From the IMG/VR virus record IMGVR_UViG_3300017766_004165, positions 4,655 through 68,654 of that record: a DNA stretch of 64,000 bases; one strand, written 5' to 3'. A program made the position numbers and the translations under genes. This DNA comes from a virus. Below, piece by piece: positions 28,188 to 39,056 of this stretch. The notes beneath the pieces were generated by a model that saw only the letters and a list, made by a program, of their open reading frames with translations, had not been told where the DNA came from and did not search any database. Within the stretch, counting starts at the first letter, position 1. Every line of letters starts with the position of its first letter.

Positions 28188-28370
28188 GTGCTACTTCGAT
28201 TTTAGTTTTAAGAGTATTCATTTCTTCTTCCTGCTGAAGAGATTTATATCTGAGATAATTCTCTTCCTGGGCAAGAACATCATCAACTAGATATTCTCTT
28301 TCCAGATCTACGCCATAAGGGTAATTCTGTTGCATAAAGAGTTCTTTCATTTTTCCCATTGTGATATGTT

Positions 28371-29051
28371 TTAAGTTTCATTAAGCATTGACTTATCATC
28401 TATTGTTATTTGTAGGTTTCTGTCAATTCTATCTTGTAACATCTTACATATATGAATGGATTTAGCGTACTTTGTTTTGTCTTTGTTTGGATCAATAGAC
28501 ATGATCATAGTTTTGGAGTTTATGTCTCCAAAGGTTTTAAGCATATCTAACTCATTCTTTTTAATCTTAAGTCTTTTACAATTTTCATTTGTCCAGGTAT
28601 TGTCATAATCCATAGTAAAGCCTTGAAGCCAATTGGTCTCTTTCATAATTACATTAGTAAAATTACCAAATTTATCTTTTTCAGCTTTAGGTCTTTTAAA
28701 AGTATCTTGTAGAAACTTCCAGGATTGATTTTTACCTCCAAAATCTGGAGAAAAGAATAAGATAAAGTCAGGATCAATATTATGTTTAATAGCTATTTGA
28801 CTAATTATATGACACATATTGAGCATAACTTTTAAAGTTAGATCTTCTATGGATTTGACATCTTTTGCTGCTTTAAGTTCAAGTACTCTCTGTGGATCAT
28901 CAACACCATGACTATGAAGAATACGATATGTATATTCAGCAGTGGTTTTAATTCCTTGAGCATATTTGATTCTAAACCAAACAGTAAAAGTCTCTTTTTT
29001 CTTTACGTCATTTCCATTTTTGGTTTTTAATTTGATACTGAATAGTGACAT
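28371..29051 (-). CDS. hypothetical protein
   Basis: 226-aa ORF. Confidence 0.35.
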   Translation of the reverse strand: MSLFSIKLKTKNGNDVKKKETFTVWFRIKYAQGIKTTAEYTYRILHSHGVDDPQRVLELKAAKDVKSIEDLTLKVMLNMCHIISQIAIKHNIDPDFILFFSPDFGGKNQSWKFLQDTFKRPKAEKDKFGNFTNVIMKETNWLQGFTMDYDNTWTNENCKRLKIKKNELDMLKTFGDINSKTMIMSIDPNKDKTKYAKSIHICKMLQDRIDRNLQITIDDKSMLNET

Positions 29052-29285
29052 AGGTTATTATTTATCAAGTCTGGGTTTTAATATAAGTTTTCCGTTCTGT
29101 AAAGATTTAAAGTAAGTATCAATTTTTATATATTGGTCACCATTATTTACTTTAATTTTATCTTCTTTATTATCAATTTCAGAAACAGTATAAACTACAT
29201 TTTGACCCTTAAGTTCAAAAACATCACCTATTTTAGGAATAGTATATGGTTTTTGTGTTTTCTTTAATTTAAACATAGCTAACAA

Positions 29286-31247
29286 TTAATGACAATCAGC
29301 ATAATTAGTACCAAAGTCTATTGAAATACCCAAAGGTACGTTAAGTTGAACTTTAGCATTAACAGCCTTGATAGACTCTGTCAATTCTGACTTAACAAAT
29401 TCTTTTGCTGATTCTGTGGTTTTAAACAATATTTCATCGTGCATCTGAAGACTAATTCTAATACCTCTTTTTCTTACTTCCATGATATACATATCAAAGC
29501 AGTAAACACCAGTTCCCTGATTGAGTGTACTAAATCTGTCTTTTTCAGCTCTTAAGCTATACCAAAATCCACTGATAGGGTTTTTCAACCATTTCTTAAT
29601 TCCGATTTGTTTTACTTCACAAGCCTCAGCAACTTGTTTAACAGCTTTATTTCTCTCCCAATAGATCTTATGTAGCTTTTGAGCTTCTTTAAGAGGGCCA
29701 TTAAGAGTTGCAGCAATTTTTGGCGCACCAGCACCATAAATAGCTGAGAAATTCACTGTCTTAGCTTTGTGTCTTACAGGTTTATGAGATTTTCCTTCTT
29801 TACCTTTAGTTTTTTCAAAAAGCTTATGTTCATCAACCTGGGCCTGAGTAAGCATACCAGCTAAGAGAGCAATATCCAAGTGAGGATCAAAACCAGGAGT
29901 TCTAAGTTCTGTCACATACTTAGGGTCATAGAAATACATATAATGCTGCTTAGTAGTGTCTTCAAGACCAGACATATCTGATCCACAAAGAATACCATCT
30001 GTTTCAGCTATTAAAGATCCTCTGACTTCTTTACCTAAGAATTTATCAACACCAGGTAGATTTACAATATTTACGTGCTTGAGTCTTAAAGTATTAGTTA
30101 AACCTCCCATAGACGGCTCTATATATCCATTTTTGCTATTTTCCAGCATTCCTTCTAATAGAGAAATTCTATGTGAAAGGATACTAAGTCCCTCCAGCAC
30201 TTCAAGTCTTGGTTCTTTACTAAACAAAGCTTTAATACTATCACAAACAGATCCATCCTTTTTAGGAGAAGCTATTTGTGGTACTTTTCTTTGAGTTCCA
30301 TCATCATTTTTCTTGTGTTCAAAAGTAATAGGATTCCATCCTAAGCTAAATAACCAGGCTTTTTTCTGATCATTAGAGTTAGGATTTGGATCTTTATAAG
30401 ACCTAATAATTTCAACTGTGTGTTCCATTTTAGGTCTGTATCCTTCTCTGAAATAGTGATCAAACATTATATCTCCTCTTTCAAAAAACTCTCCATTTTC
30501 AAGGACTATTACATCCTTGTAAATTTTGGTTGTCTTAATAGGTACTTGAGGCATAGCAGTTCTAAGAACTTCTTCTTTCTCAAATTTTTCCTGTTTAGCT
30601 TTCCTGAGCGTTTCTTCTATGTGAGGAATATTAAGTTTAATTTTTTCAGTTTCCTGTTCTCTTATGCAGTCTAACTTAAATTGAAGATATTGAATGAATC
30701 TAATCATTTCAGCTTCATCATTATCATAAATTTGACCTAATGCACAAAGAGAGTTCTCCCAGAGTTTGAGGTTAATTTTGGTATCCACTTCACATCTGTG
30801 AATGTATTCTTGAGCAGATAAGTTACTCCAATCTTTTATTTCAACTTTATGAATACCAAAATCTTTACCCCACTCTTCTAAGCCATGTCTATTTCTTTCA
30901 GGATATAGATACCATGATAAGGCAAGAGTATCAATAATTTGATCATTGCTTTGTAGTGTGTCAATTCCAAGCAATTTAGTAACGACTCTTTCATCATACA
31001 AGGTAATATTATGACCTATTCTGGTAATATTCTTATTAGTAAAGAATTTTCTCATTTCGTCATAATCTGTTGTAGATTTAGTTTGTACATTACCATTAGT
31101 ATCTCGCCAGCATATACTTAAACAATGAATCTTAGAAGCTGTATCTAACAGTCCATCAGATTCAATATCATAAATATATACGTTTTTCTTTAGGTTTATC
31201 ATAATTGGATTTAAAATTAAACATCCATTGCACATTGATGTGAACAA
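29286..31247 (-). CDS. DNA polymerase, family A, with a 3'-5' exonuclease domain
   Basis: ExoI motif IYDIESDGL; motif B HKAKTVNFSAIYGAGA; motif C LQMHDEILF. Confidence 0.9.
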   Translation of the reverse strand: MFTSMCNGCLILNPIMINLKKNVYIYDIESDGLLDTASKIHCLSICWRDTNGNVQTKSTTDYDEMRKFFTNKNITRIGHNITLYDERVVTKLLGIDTLQSNDQIIDTLALSWYLYPERNRHGLEEWGKDFGIHKVEIKDWSNLSAQEYIHRCEVDTKINLKLWENSLCALGQIYDNDEAEMIRFIQYLQFKLDCIREQETEKIKLNIPHIEETLRKAKQEKFEKEEVLRTAMPQVPIKTTKIYKDVIVLENGEFFERGDIMFDHYFREGYRPKMEHTVEIIRSYKDPNPNSNDQKKAWLFSLGWNPITFEHKKNDDGTQRKVPQIASPKKDGSVCDSIKALFSKEPRLEVLEGLSILSHRISLLEGMLENSKNGYIEPSMGGLTNTLRLKHVNIVNLPGVDKFLGKEVRGSLIAETDGILCGSDMSGLEDTTKQHYMYFYDPKYVTELRTPGFDPHLDIALLAGMLTQAQVDEHKLFEKTKGKEGKSHKPVRHKAKTVNFSAIYGAGAPKIAATLNGPLKEAQKLHKIYWERNKAVKQVAEACEVKQIGIKKWLKNPISGFWYSLRAEKDRFSTLNQGTGVYCFDMYIMEVRKRGIRISLQMHDEILFKTTESAKEFVKSELTESIKAVNAKVQLNVPLGISIDFGTNYADCH

Positions 31248-31717
31248 TTTTCACAACAATTACAGTTTTCACTATGATCATCGTTTATTTCACAAGCATA
31301 AGGACAAGAATGTAGTTCAAAACTTCCTTCATTACTACCACATTTACCACATATTGTTTTTTCAGGCACTTTGGAATTTTTATAACTTAGTTTAAGTTTT
31401 AGAGGGCTATTGGTTTCTGGTTTTGGTCTCCACATAATTTTATCTGGTTTAATCCAGCCACCATGCTCATCAATTAATTGACAAGCAATATTTAATGGAA
31501 AAGACCCACCCCAATTACAGGTTGTATTTATATCAGCTTCCTGACTTTCACCAGGTACAAGACAGATATTAGCTTGCATAGCTCCATAAATAGGTTCGTC
31601 TTTTTCATTCATAGTACCAGTGTATCCACTAGGATTCCACCAGACAGCAATACAAATAGAACCTCTACCACTTAACCAGCAAAAACCAACTGCGTTGGGG
31701 TTCATAATTTCTTCCAT
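31217..31717 (-). CDS. Cys-rich hypothetical protein
   Basis: 166 aa with many CxxC pairs (CGKCGS, CNCCENCSHQC). Confidence 0.35.
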   Translation of the reverse strand: MEEIMNPNAVGFCWLSGRGSICIAVWWNPSGYTGTMNEKDEPIYGAMQANICLVPGESQEADINTTCNWGGSFPLNIACQLIDEHGGWIKPDKIMWRPKPETNSPLKLKLSYKNSKVPEKTICGKCGSNEGSFELHSCPYACEINDDHSENCNCCENCSHQCAMDV

Positions 31718-32027
31718 TATTATTCAATTTCATCTGATTTTAAAAGTTTTACGAATTTCATCAGCACATTTCAATGCTCTTTCCCTAATTAGCACATGAA
31801 GTCTGCTTAAAAGATACATTCCTGGCTCTGATCCACCAGTAATTGAGTAATCTTTTGGGAATTCATGTGTTTTTGGCAGTGGTTCTGGCTGTAAAACCAA
31901 ATTTTTGAAGGCATAGTAGCCTCCACACTGATCATTTTCCTCAAAATCAGGATTATAAAGTCCATCCATGTTCTTTTCTGCATGAAAATGAATAGCATTT
32001 AGGACTTCTTGTCTGACTTCAAAGTGT

Positions 32028-32663
32028 TTAGGCTTTTTGAAGATCATATTGAGGTAGTTTTACAATTTCAGCCAGGTATTTTTCCCATTTTGTACCTTCG
32101 AGCTTGGTTACAATTTCTTCTAAATGGAGAATTCTTTCACCATCTGACCAAAATTCAGCTTCTAAAATGGGCTTATTAGCTTTTACCATGACTCCCTGTT
32201 CCCTATTCATATGAAATGTTATTGCTGATGGTCTTTGAAAGACAAACAAAGGTAGTCTATCAGGATCAACAGTGGGGTTATGCAAAGCCACAGTAGGTAA
32301 CTGCTGCTGTAATTTGATCATGTCAAGCTTACCATTGTAGTTATTCATAGCCATATATGGACATACCTGAAGAGCATATATACCACATTCTTTATGAACT
32401 GGAAGGTCTATATAATATCCCTTATCATCAAAAGCAGAAGCTATTCCTCCTACAAGCCATTTCTGATCACTTATAAGAGGTTTTCCACAAATACTACAAA
32501 GTCCTTTAACAATACAAATTGCAGACTTATTTGAATCATTTATTTTAAAATGATGCTTACCATCTTTGTCTTTTAAGACAACATATGGTACTGGTAATCC
32601 TCTGGGATCTCTTTCAAGATCCAGCATCAGTTGAGGTATCGGTACTGTACTCCAATTTTTCAT
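32028..32663 (-). CDS. hypothetical protein
   Basis: 211-aa ORF. Confidence 0.35.
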   Translation of the reverse strand: MKNWSTVPIPQLMLDLERDPRGLPVPYVVLKDKDGKHHFKINDSNKSAICIVKGLCSICGKPLISDQKWLVGGIASAFDDKGYYIDLPVHKECGIYALQVCPYMAMNNYNGKLDMIKLQQQLPTVALHNPTVDPDRLPLFVFQRPSAITFHMNREQGVMVKANKPILEAEFWSDGERILHLEEIVTKLEGTKWEKYLAEIVKLPQYDLQKA

Positions 32664-32916
32664 TAGTTTATAAAGCTTTCTTGAAGATTAATATTAAGAA
32701 ACTTAGCTTGTCTTTCAGCACATTTAGCTATATTTGAGCTACAAGTATGTATTGTATTAAAAGTTTTTCTGTAACCAGATTGATCTCGCTTAGTAAAAGT
32801 AGTACTTGGATAACCTATTGGTATTTCTGTTTGACACATTGCACAAACTTTTTTTATCCTACCTGCACTAATATTTCTTACTTCCCATACACGCTCTTTA
32901 AGAACTGGAATAAGTT

Positions 32917-33372
32917 TTATTTTAAAGATTGACATTGTTCTAGATGGTTTTTATGGAGTTTTTCTTTCCATTTTTTAACTTTCTCTTCATGTTCTTTTTT
33001 AGCAATGTTTTTAGGATCAATTTCTGGCTGAATTTTATACAAACGCTTAAGCTTACCAAATTGTTTTTTGTTAGAAAACTCCACAGCTAAGTGTCTTGCT
33101 CTCCAGACATTAATAGATTCTTCTTCATAAAGAGCTGGTGAGTATTTTTTACCCACTGGTTTATTACGATAAGATCTATATGGTCTTGGTCTTGACTGTA
33201 TTACATTAAATTTGTTAATATCAGAAACACTTTTACTTTGAATAGGTTGAAAACTAATAGTTTTCCCCCACACAGGATTATCAGTAATTACTTCTTCTAA
33301 TCTTTTAGCTTTTCTTTTAAGAAATCTGAGTTTAGCGTCTGTAATTTTACGTTTAAGAACAAATTTAACCAT
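32917..33372 (-). CDS. basic hypothetical protein
   Basis: 151 aa, Lys/Arg-rich. Confidence 0.3.
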   Translation of the reverse strand: MVKFVLKRKITDAKLRFLKRKAKRLEEVITDNPVWGKTISFQPIQSKSVSDINKFNVIQSRPRPYRSYRNKPVGKKYSPALYEEESINVWRARHLAVEFSNKKQFGKLKRLYKIQPEIDPKNIAKKEHEEKVKKWKEKLHKNHLEQCQSLK

Positions 33373-33763
33373 TTTTATTTATTTTCATCATCTTCTTCAT
33401 AAGATTCTTACTCTTCAGCTATTTTTGCTAACTCCTCTTCTTCATTTTTAGGAAGATCAGAAGTGTTTCTTTCCATCACTCTTAAAAAGAAAATTCCTTT
33501 GAGACTTGCTGTTATGTATAAACTCTTTAAAAGAGAGTCTTTTGTTCTAGTTTGAATTTCATTATTATCAAGAGCATTAAATATTTCACTTCTTAGTGAA
33601 TTAAGCTCTTCAGCGGTCTTACCATTTCTTTCAAAATTCTTAAGACCTTCTTGTAGTTGTTTTCTGTTCATGGTTTTAGACATATTTGATTTTAAAATAA
33701 GCCCCCAGAGTGCATCTCTCCAGGGGCTTGGGGCTGTGGTTGGCTTCGATACGCAGTAATTAT

Positions 33764-34606
33764 TTACTGTTTATTTACATTAAAGAAAGGAACTGCTCCA
33801 CTTCCACCCATTATAGTACTGGGCAGTACGCCATTCCATTTCAATGCTTTCGTATATTCAACAAGTTGAGGTGATTCTCTTAAAGCTTCATTTTTAGCTC
33901 TCATAGAGTTGGCTTCAGCTAAAGCTCCCATCATAGTTACAACAGAATCTTTTCTGGCATTAATAATATCAATTTCAGCATTGGCCTGTGTTACTTGTTG
34001 CTGAGCTTTAGCAGCCTGAGCTTCTTGTACAGCTTTTGCTTTATTACTAATAGCAGCTTTTAAGTTTGGATCAGGTATAAGATTGGCTGTAAACTGGGTA
34101 ACCTGAAAAAACGGTTTCAGATCATGATTCAGTTTATTTAAAATTGCTGCATCATAACCTGCTTGGTTATTCAAAATACTATCAACAGTGTATGTATTCG
34201 TAACTTCTCTTATAGCTGTGGTCATGGATGTTTTTAAGAATCCATTTTCCAAATTACTAAGAGAAACTCTGTATTTTTGAAACATTTCACCTACATTACC
34301 TGCTTCCAGGTTATAGTTAAATGTCGGATGTACAGTGAATACAGTTCCACCTTTTGATGGTACTTCGTAAGACTCATACTCTTTGTGTTGCTGGAAAGTC
34401 GGAAATTCATAAACTTTTTGAGCCAATCTCCAGTAGAAACAGAAACCTGTTACATACTCAGTTTTAGCTACACCCTGGTTTCCACCAGTCATGTTTACTT
34501 TAATACCTACGTTACCAGCATCAATTCTTTCACATCCTACAAAGGCTGAACCCAAAATAGCAAAGAAAGCGATTGCTCCCAAAATCAATTTAAATTTCGT
34601 ACTCAT
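33764..34606 (-). CDS. SPFH/band-7 domain lipoprotein (HflK/C-like)
   Basis: N-terminal signal peptide with a lipobox-like FVGC; C-terminal AQAAKAQQQVTQANAEIDIINARKDS...AEANSMRAKNEA is typical of the SPFH Ala/Glu-rich coiled coil. Confidence 0.5.
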   Translation of the reverse strand: MSTKFKLILGAIAFFAILGSAFVGCERIDAGNVGIKVNMTGGNQGVAKTEYVTGFCFYWRLAQKVYEFPTFQQHKEYESYEVPSKGGTVFTVHPTFNYNLEAGNVGEMFQKYRVSLSNLENGFLKTSMTTAIREVTNTYTVDSILNNQAGYDAAILNKLNHDLKPFFQVTQFTANLIPDPNLKAAISNKAKAVQEAQAAKAQQQVTQANAEIDIINARKDSVVTMMGALAEANSMRAKNEALRESPQLVEYTKALKWNGVLPSTIMGGSGAVPFFNVNKQ

Positions 34607-34658
34607 TTCAAGAAGTTTTTGTTTGTTTTGAACTAATTATTTTTTTTTGTTAAAGCTT

Positions 34659-35009
34659 TTAAATGCTGGAATAGAGCTTTTTAACTATTCCTTTCAGTAT
34701 TTCCCACTCTTTGCGAGTAGGTTCAAAACTGAGTTTACTGTATTTTTGAAAATTTTCAAGACTGTCAGTTATAAAACTGATTTTCTGTCCATCTGGAAGT
34801 ATAATAGTCTTAGTATATCTTTCCAGTTTAAGTTTTTGAGGTTGTTTTAAAACATCAATAACAGCTTGAGATTCTTCAGTTATGAAGTTTGGACTTGGAG
34901 CATTACCATCAATACACGCAGCAATAAAGCTTTGTTCTTTGTATTTTTCGTAACCCCAAAGAGCCACTCCAATAAAAGCTACCAGTAAAATTAATACAAC
35001 TGTTACCAT
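34659..35009 (-). CDS. membrane-anchored hypothetical protein
   Basis: N-terminal transmembrane helix MVTVVLILLVAFIGVALWGY. Confidence 0.35.
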   Translation of the reverse strand: MVTVVLILLVAFIGVALWGYEKYKEQSFIAACIDGNAPSPNFITEESQAVIDVLKQPQKLKLERYTKTIILPDGQKISFITDSLENFQKYSKLSFEPTRKEWEILKGIVKKLYSSI

Positions 35010-35482
35010 CTTTCTGGTTTTTAAGAATTAAGAAATGATTGAATCTTTTTAGCCAGATTGTCATTCTTAGTTTTTACAGCATTAAGACCAGATACCTCAT
35101 CCTGTAAAGCCTTGATTTCAGCCTCTTTAGAAGAGACAACAGTGGCTATTTCAGAGTTAAGAGATTCACAATCTTTCTGAGTTTGTGTAAAAACATCAAA
35201 GATCTGCTCACTTCTTTTTGTGAGGTTAGCTAATGTGTTCTTTTTGTTTACGAACATGGATTTGTTTTTAATAGTGAATGTTTATTGTTTTACTTTCCAT
35301 AAGACTACTGCCTTTCTGGTACAGCTATCAAAAGGATCATTATACCAGAGTAGTTTTTCTCCAGTTTCATAATTCCAATCAAGCTTAGGATTGATAGTTC
35401 TCCAGGCAAGGATCAGCAGAAGAGCAATTACAATAACAAACATAAGTTCTACTGATACCATTTTGTTGGTTTTTAAATTAAA

Positions 35483-36241
35483 TTAATAAGGTTTCTCGTA
35501 GATAGTTTTAGTTACTTCTACTTCTTCATCAGGATCAATAGCAGGTCTTCCATCAGTACCACTAATATCATATTGTTTCATATGAGCTGTCATAACATTC
35601 ATAAGAGCATCCAGCATATCAGGAAAAGATGTAGGTAAATTACTACCTTTATCTTTTTCTTCATCATAAGATACTAAAAACTTCCATCGTGTTATAACAT
35701 CTCTGCCTTTCTGAGTATTCCAAGTATGCAAAATAGGAATTCTTTCATCAATATCCTGTTCCTTACCGTCTTCATCTATCCAGACATTTTCTACTTTACA
35801 ACAAGCATATGATCCTTGAGTTGGTTTCAATCCTTTATCATGAAGAGAACATTGATTGTTAATCAATAAGTTACACTTACCATGTTTTGCAAAAGGTGAT
35901 CTTATACCTTCATAGCCAATAATAGCTGGTATGATATATTCAACGTCTTCTTCAAAAGGATTAAATCTGTCTTTTTTAGATAGTTTAGTAGGTTTACTAA
36001 TACCAAGAGAAGATTTAATAGACTCTTCTTTACTAGTTTCACCTATCCACCAATCCAGCATTAGATTTTTGGCATAACCAGCATCTAATAATTTTAATAT
36101 ATCATCAGGTGTTCCAATACAAGGAGTATGATGACACATTCTGACACCTCTTGCACAGCCTGGACAAGCTGGTTTATTCATTTTATGCAAGAAGTCATAA
36201 CTTTTTTGTACCTGTTCAGGTGTGCTAAATGGCATTGACAT
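35483..36241 (-). CDS. Cys-rich hypothetical protein
   Basis: 252 aa; N-terminal CPGCARGVRMCHHTPC cluster. Confidence 0.35.
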   Translation of the reverse strand: MSMPFSTPEQVQKSYDFLHKMNKPACPGCARGVRMCHHTPCIGTPDDILKLLDAGYAKNLMLDWWIGETSKEESIKSSLGISKPTKLSKKDRFNPFEEDVEYIIPAIIGYEGIRSPFAKHGKCNLLINNQCSLHDKGLKPTQGSYACCKVENVWIDEDGKEQDIDERIPILHTWNTQKGRDVITRWKFLVSYDEEKDKGSNLPTSFPDMLDALMNVMTAHMKQYDISGTDGRPAIDPDEEVEVTKTIYEKPY

Positions 36242-36392
36242 ATTACCAATATTTAGAAATGAAGTGAATAGCTACCCAGATAATTCCAACCCAGAAGCAA
36301 ATAGCTATGAACCACATCATTTTTACTTGCCAGGGAACATATTTCCATAAATCTTTCATGTTTTATCTTGTTTTAGTGATTAATTAATAAAA

Positions 36393-36419
36393 AACCCCAA
36401 TGCAGTGAACATTGGGGTT
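36393..36419. terminator. hairpin terminator at the downstream end of the tRNA/tmRNA cluster
   Basis: 10-bp perfect stem AACCCCAATG/CATTGGGGTT, 7-nt loop, A-run upstream (a U-run for the minus transcript). Confidence 0.55.
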
Positions 36420-36675
36420 AAGGGCGTATAGTTAATAAATTAACGCTCCACCATTTGCTTTTTATTTGTTTTGGGAAAAGCAAAAACAACCCAGAAAGTT
36501 AATCAATAAATCTAAAGGTGTGCTGTTATGCCAAAGGTACGCCTAAATTAGGTACGTATAGTATCCATTAAAGCTTATACTTAAATAAGTTAGCTAGTAA
36601 CTCCCACTCTTTAAAGGATGGAATCTTTTAATCCTACCTTCCCTTAGATAATATTTATTGATTTTGTTTAAACTG

Positions 36676-36756
36676 TGGCCTCCGAGGGACTCGAACCCCC
36701 ACGCTGTAAGCACTGGCTTCTTAGACCAGCGTGGCTACCAATTACACCAGAAGGCC
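36676..36756 (-). tRNA. type II tRNA, Leu-like (hand-fold anticodon AAG, identity uncertain)
   Basis: Revcomp folds as acceptor GGCCTTC/GGAGGCC, D-loop TAATTGGTAGC, anticodon arm CTGGT-CUAAGAA-GCCAG, 12-nt variable arm, T-arm GGGGG-TTCGAGT-CCCTC, discriminator A. Resembles bacterial tRNA-Leu. Confidence 0.55.
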
Positions 36757-36827
36757 ATAAAAACATCAGGAACAGGTATGAAATAGGGATCTCCAACCTG
36801 TTTTACTTTCCCAAAACCTGATATTAG

Positions 36828-36916
36828 CGGAAGACAAAGGATTCGAACCTTCACTCCCCTTTCAGGGAGTCCAAGTTAGCAACCTGGTGCAGCAAACCAT
36901 ATCTGGCCTATCTTCC
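36828..36916 (-). tRNA. tRNA-Ser (anticodon GCT)
   Basis: Acceptor GGAAGAT/GTCTTCC; anticodon arm CCAGG-TTGCTAA-CTTGG; long variable hairpin CTCCC-TGAAAG-GGGAG; T-loop TTCGAAT; discriminator G. Resembles E. coli tRNA-Ser. Confidence 0.65.
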
Positions 36917-37159
36917 AGCACTGTTTAATTTACCGGGAAACAGTCAAAGCCGTACTTTTCTTTTGTTCAAACGGTTAAAACGCCGTTTCACCAGAGAAAG
37001 CTTAACTGGTGCTTATAAGAGGGTCTCTGGAGATTCCATCATGACCATAATCAGGATGCTCTTGTCCAGCTTTAATAAGGTTATAACACAGCACAAACAT
37101 TGGTACTGCACAAATACTGCAAATTTTTAATACTTCCCAAAACATAATTCTGATTTTAG

Positions 37160-37567
37160 TGGAGATGAGGGGAATCGAACCCCTGTCCAAACAGTGTAAA
37201 GTGCTGATAGTTGTCTTATATGCTTACCCAATTTCTACTGAGAATATCAATTTGCTTTTTAACTGTCTCAAATTGCTAATGGGACATACCATTGTTTTTA
37301 AGGAAAACTATGACAATAAATGTAAACCTTCTGCTAAATTAACTTGTATAGCTTCAAGGTTGATTATGCAAAGCAAAGCTCAGCACCAACTTCTTCTGCC
37401 TCGTAAGACAGAGAGTTAAGAAGAGAATCAATGTTCCCGTTCTCACCAACTGTAATGTTAGATTTCTCTACATTTGTTTTTGAGTAACATTCGTTAAGGA
37501 AGTATAATACTCATCCTTCCTGCATACCTATCAATCCTATTCATTGCTGTCAAATCCGAGCATCCCC
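37160..37567 (-). ncRNA. ssrA: tmRNA-like gene (ssrA)
   Basis: The 3' end has T-arm AGGGG-TTCGATT-CCCCT followed by CATCTCC-A. About 400 nt upstream on the same strand, GGGGATGCTCGGATTTGACAG matches the tmRNA 5' consensus GGGGxUGAUUCUGGAUUCGACGG and pairs 7/7 with the 3' CATCTCC. An internal frame GGT GAG AAC... (tag starting G-E-N, ending ...CFA then TAA) is a possible tag ORF. Confidence 0.5.
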
Positions 37568-37570
37568 AGG

Positions 37571-37807
37571 TTAAATTGAGTGTCTGCCTATTTGACGATA
37601 ACACTTATTAATTTCTTGTTCAAGTTCTACTTTTCTATTTCTTAACCCTTTTTGTAACATTTCTTGTTCAAACTCTGGCAAAGCAAAATATTTATGATTA
37701 GGCTTTTTGAATTCCTGCTGAGTTGTTACTACTTGTTGAAGTTCTATTAAACACTTTTCACGTATTTTTATATACTTTTCAACAATTTCTTGTTTTGTTG
37801 GTTGCAT
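37571..37807 (-). CDS. hypothetical protein
   Basis: 78-aa ORF ending 4 nt before the tmRNA 5' end. Confidence 0.3.
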   Translation of the reverse strand: MQPTKQEIVEKYIKIREKCLIELQQVVTTQQEFKKPNHKYFALPEFEQEMLQKGLRNRKVELEQEINKCYRQIGRHSI

Positions 37808-38277
37808 AAAAATTGGTTTTATTAAGAAATGATCTTCCAGTGCGTTTTAATAATATCTTCTTCTATCTGCCTTTCTGTGTATGAAAAATTCTCCTCTATT
37901 GTGTCAAAATCTCCTATTTTAGATCTGAAATAAACTTGTTTTTCTTCATCAAAATACACAATTTTAAATTGAATGTTTTCATTAGTTGCACTAAAGATTT
38001 TACCTACGAATCCATGTTGTTGCTTTTTTGAACCTGTAATTTTGAGTTTTAACATAAAAATTTATTAATTCTCAACTAAAGAGTTTCTTACCCTTTTACT
38101 TACCTGCTTATCTTTAGTCAGCGGACTTAAGGAATTGTCCCTTAAATCATAACTATTAATACGAGTTTCTGTGATGAGATCCGTAGGGCATCACATACAA
38201 GGATACAGGTTACTCTTTAGATGAGAAATTAAAATAGGAAGTTGCAAATTTAGTGTTTCAGGATGAAACAACCAAAT

Positions 38278-39030
38278 TTAATTTATCTTTTTTCTTCTTT
38301 GATACCATTTTCTGTTTCTTTCCATTTCCAGCTCTTTTTCAAGATCTTTCACTTTTTGCTCCAAAGTTCTGGTATCTTTGTCTGTTTTGAAGGCTTCAAA
38401 ATCTTCTTCAAGCTTTTTATAATCTTTAATGAAAGCTTCATTAAGATCTTTGATTTGTTCTTCATACTTAGCTATAAGATCTTTTTTGGCCTTTTCTTGG
38501 TTGATCTGAGCATGAGTAACAGTATCATTTAAAGCGGAAAGCTGCTTTTTGTAACCATCAATTTCACTAGCAACCCTTTGTTCAACTTTCTGGCTAATAT
38601 CTGCCAGCACATCATCAAAGTTTATGTACTCTGTGGTTGTAACAGTTTCCATTTCAGGAGTTGAGTTAATAGGAGAATTGAATTTGTATCTTTCCAATAA
38701 GGCAGCTATTTCTTCCACAGCGTAATGAGAATGTCTTTCATGACCATCTGACCTAACTTTATAATAAATGGTTTGAGCTAATTCTCTAAAACGGCCATCA
38801 TAACGTCCTTTAACATGAGTGTTCATGTTCATGTGAAATTCATAACTGACCGTAGGTTTTGGTATTTGTTTTTCAATTACCTTAACTGTTCTCTTATCAG
38901 CTTTTACTTTGACAATTTCTTCATCTTTTTCCTTGATAATTGATTCTCTATCAGTTATCGTAGAATATGCTTTTTTAAGATCTTCCCGAATCTTGTCTAA
39001 TTCAGAGAGATCCATAGTCACTTGTCCCAT
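38278..39030 (-). CDS. coiled-coil hypothetical protein
   Basis: 250 aa, Glu/Lys-rich heptad-like C-terminus. Confidence 0.35.
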   Translation of the reverse strand: MGQVTMDLSELDKIREDLKKAYSTITDRESIIKEKDEEIVKVKADKRTVKVIEKQIPKPTVSYEFHMNMNTHVKGRYDGRFRELAQTIYYKVRSDGHERHSHYAVEEIAALLERYKFNSPINSTPEMETVTTTEYINFDDVLADISQKVEQRVASEIDGYKKQLSALNDTVTHAQINQEKAKKDLIAKYEEQIKDLNEAFIKDYKKLEEDFEAFKTDKDTRTLEQKVKDLEKELEMERNRKWYQRRKKIN

Positions 39031-39056
39031 AATTGTATTAGTATTAAAAGTGATTA

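Noticed and set aside
37002-37419. ORFs 37002-37190 (minus) and 37159-37419 (plus) from the six-frame track
   Set aside because: Both lie on or across the tmRNA-like gene and the tRNA cluster. They have no supporting motifs and are most likely spurious ORFs in structured-RNA DNA.
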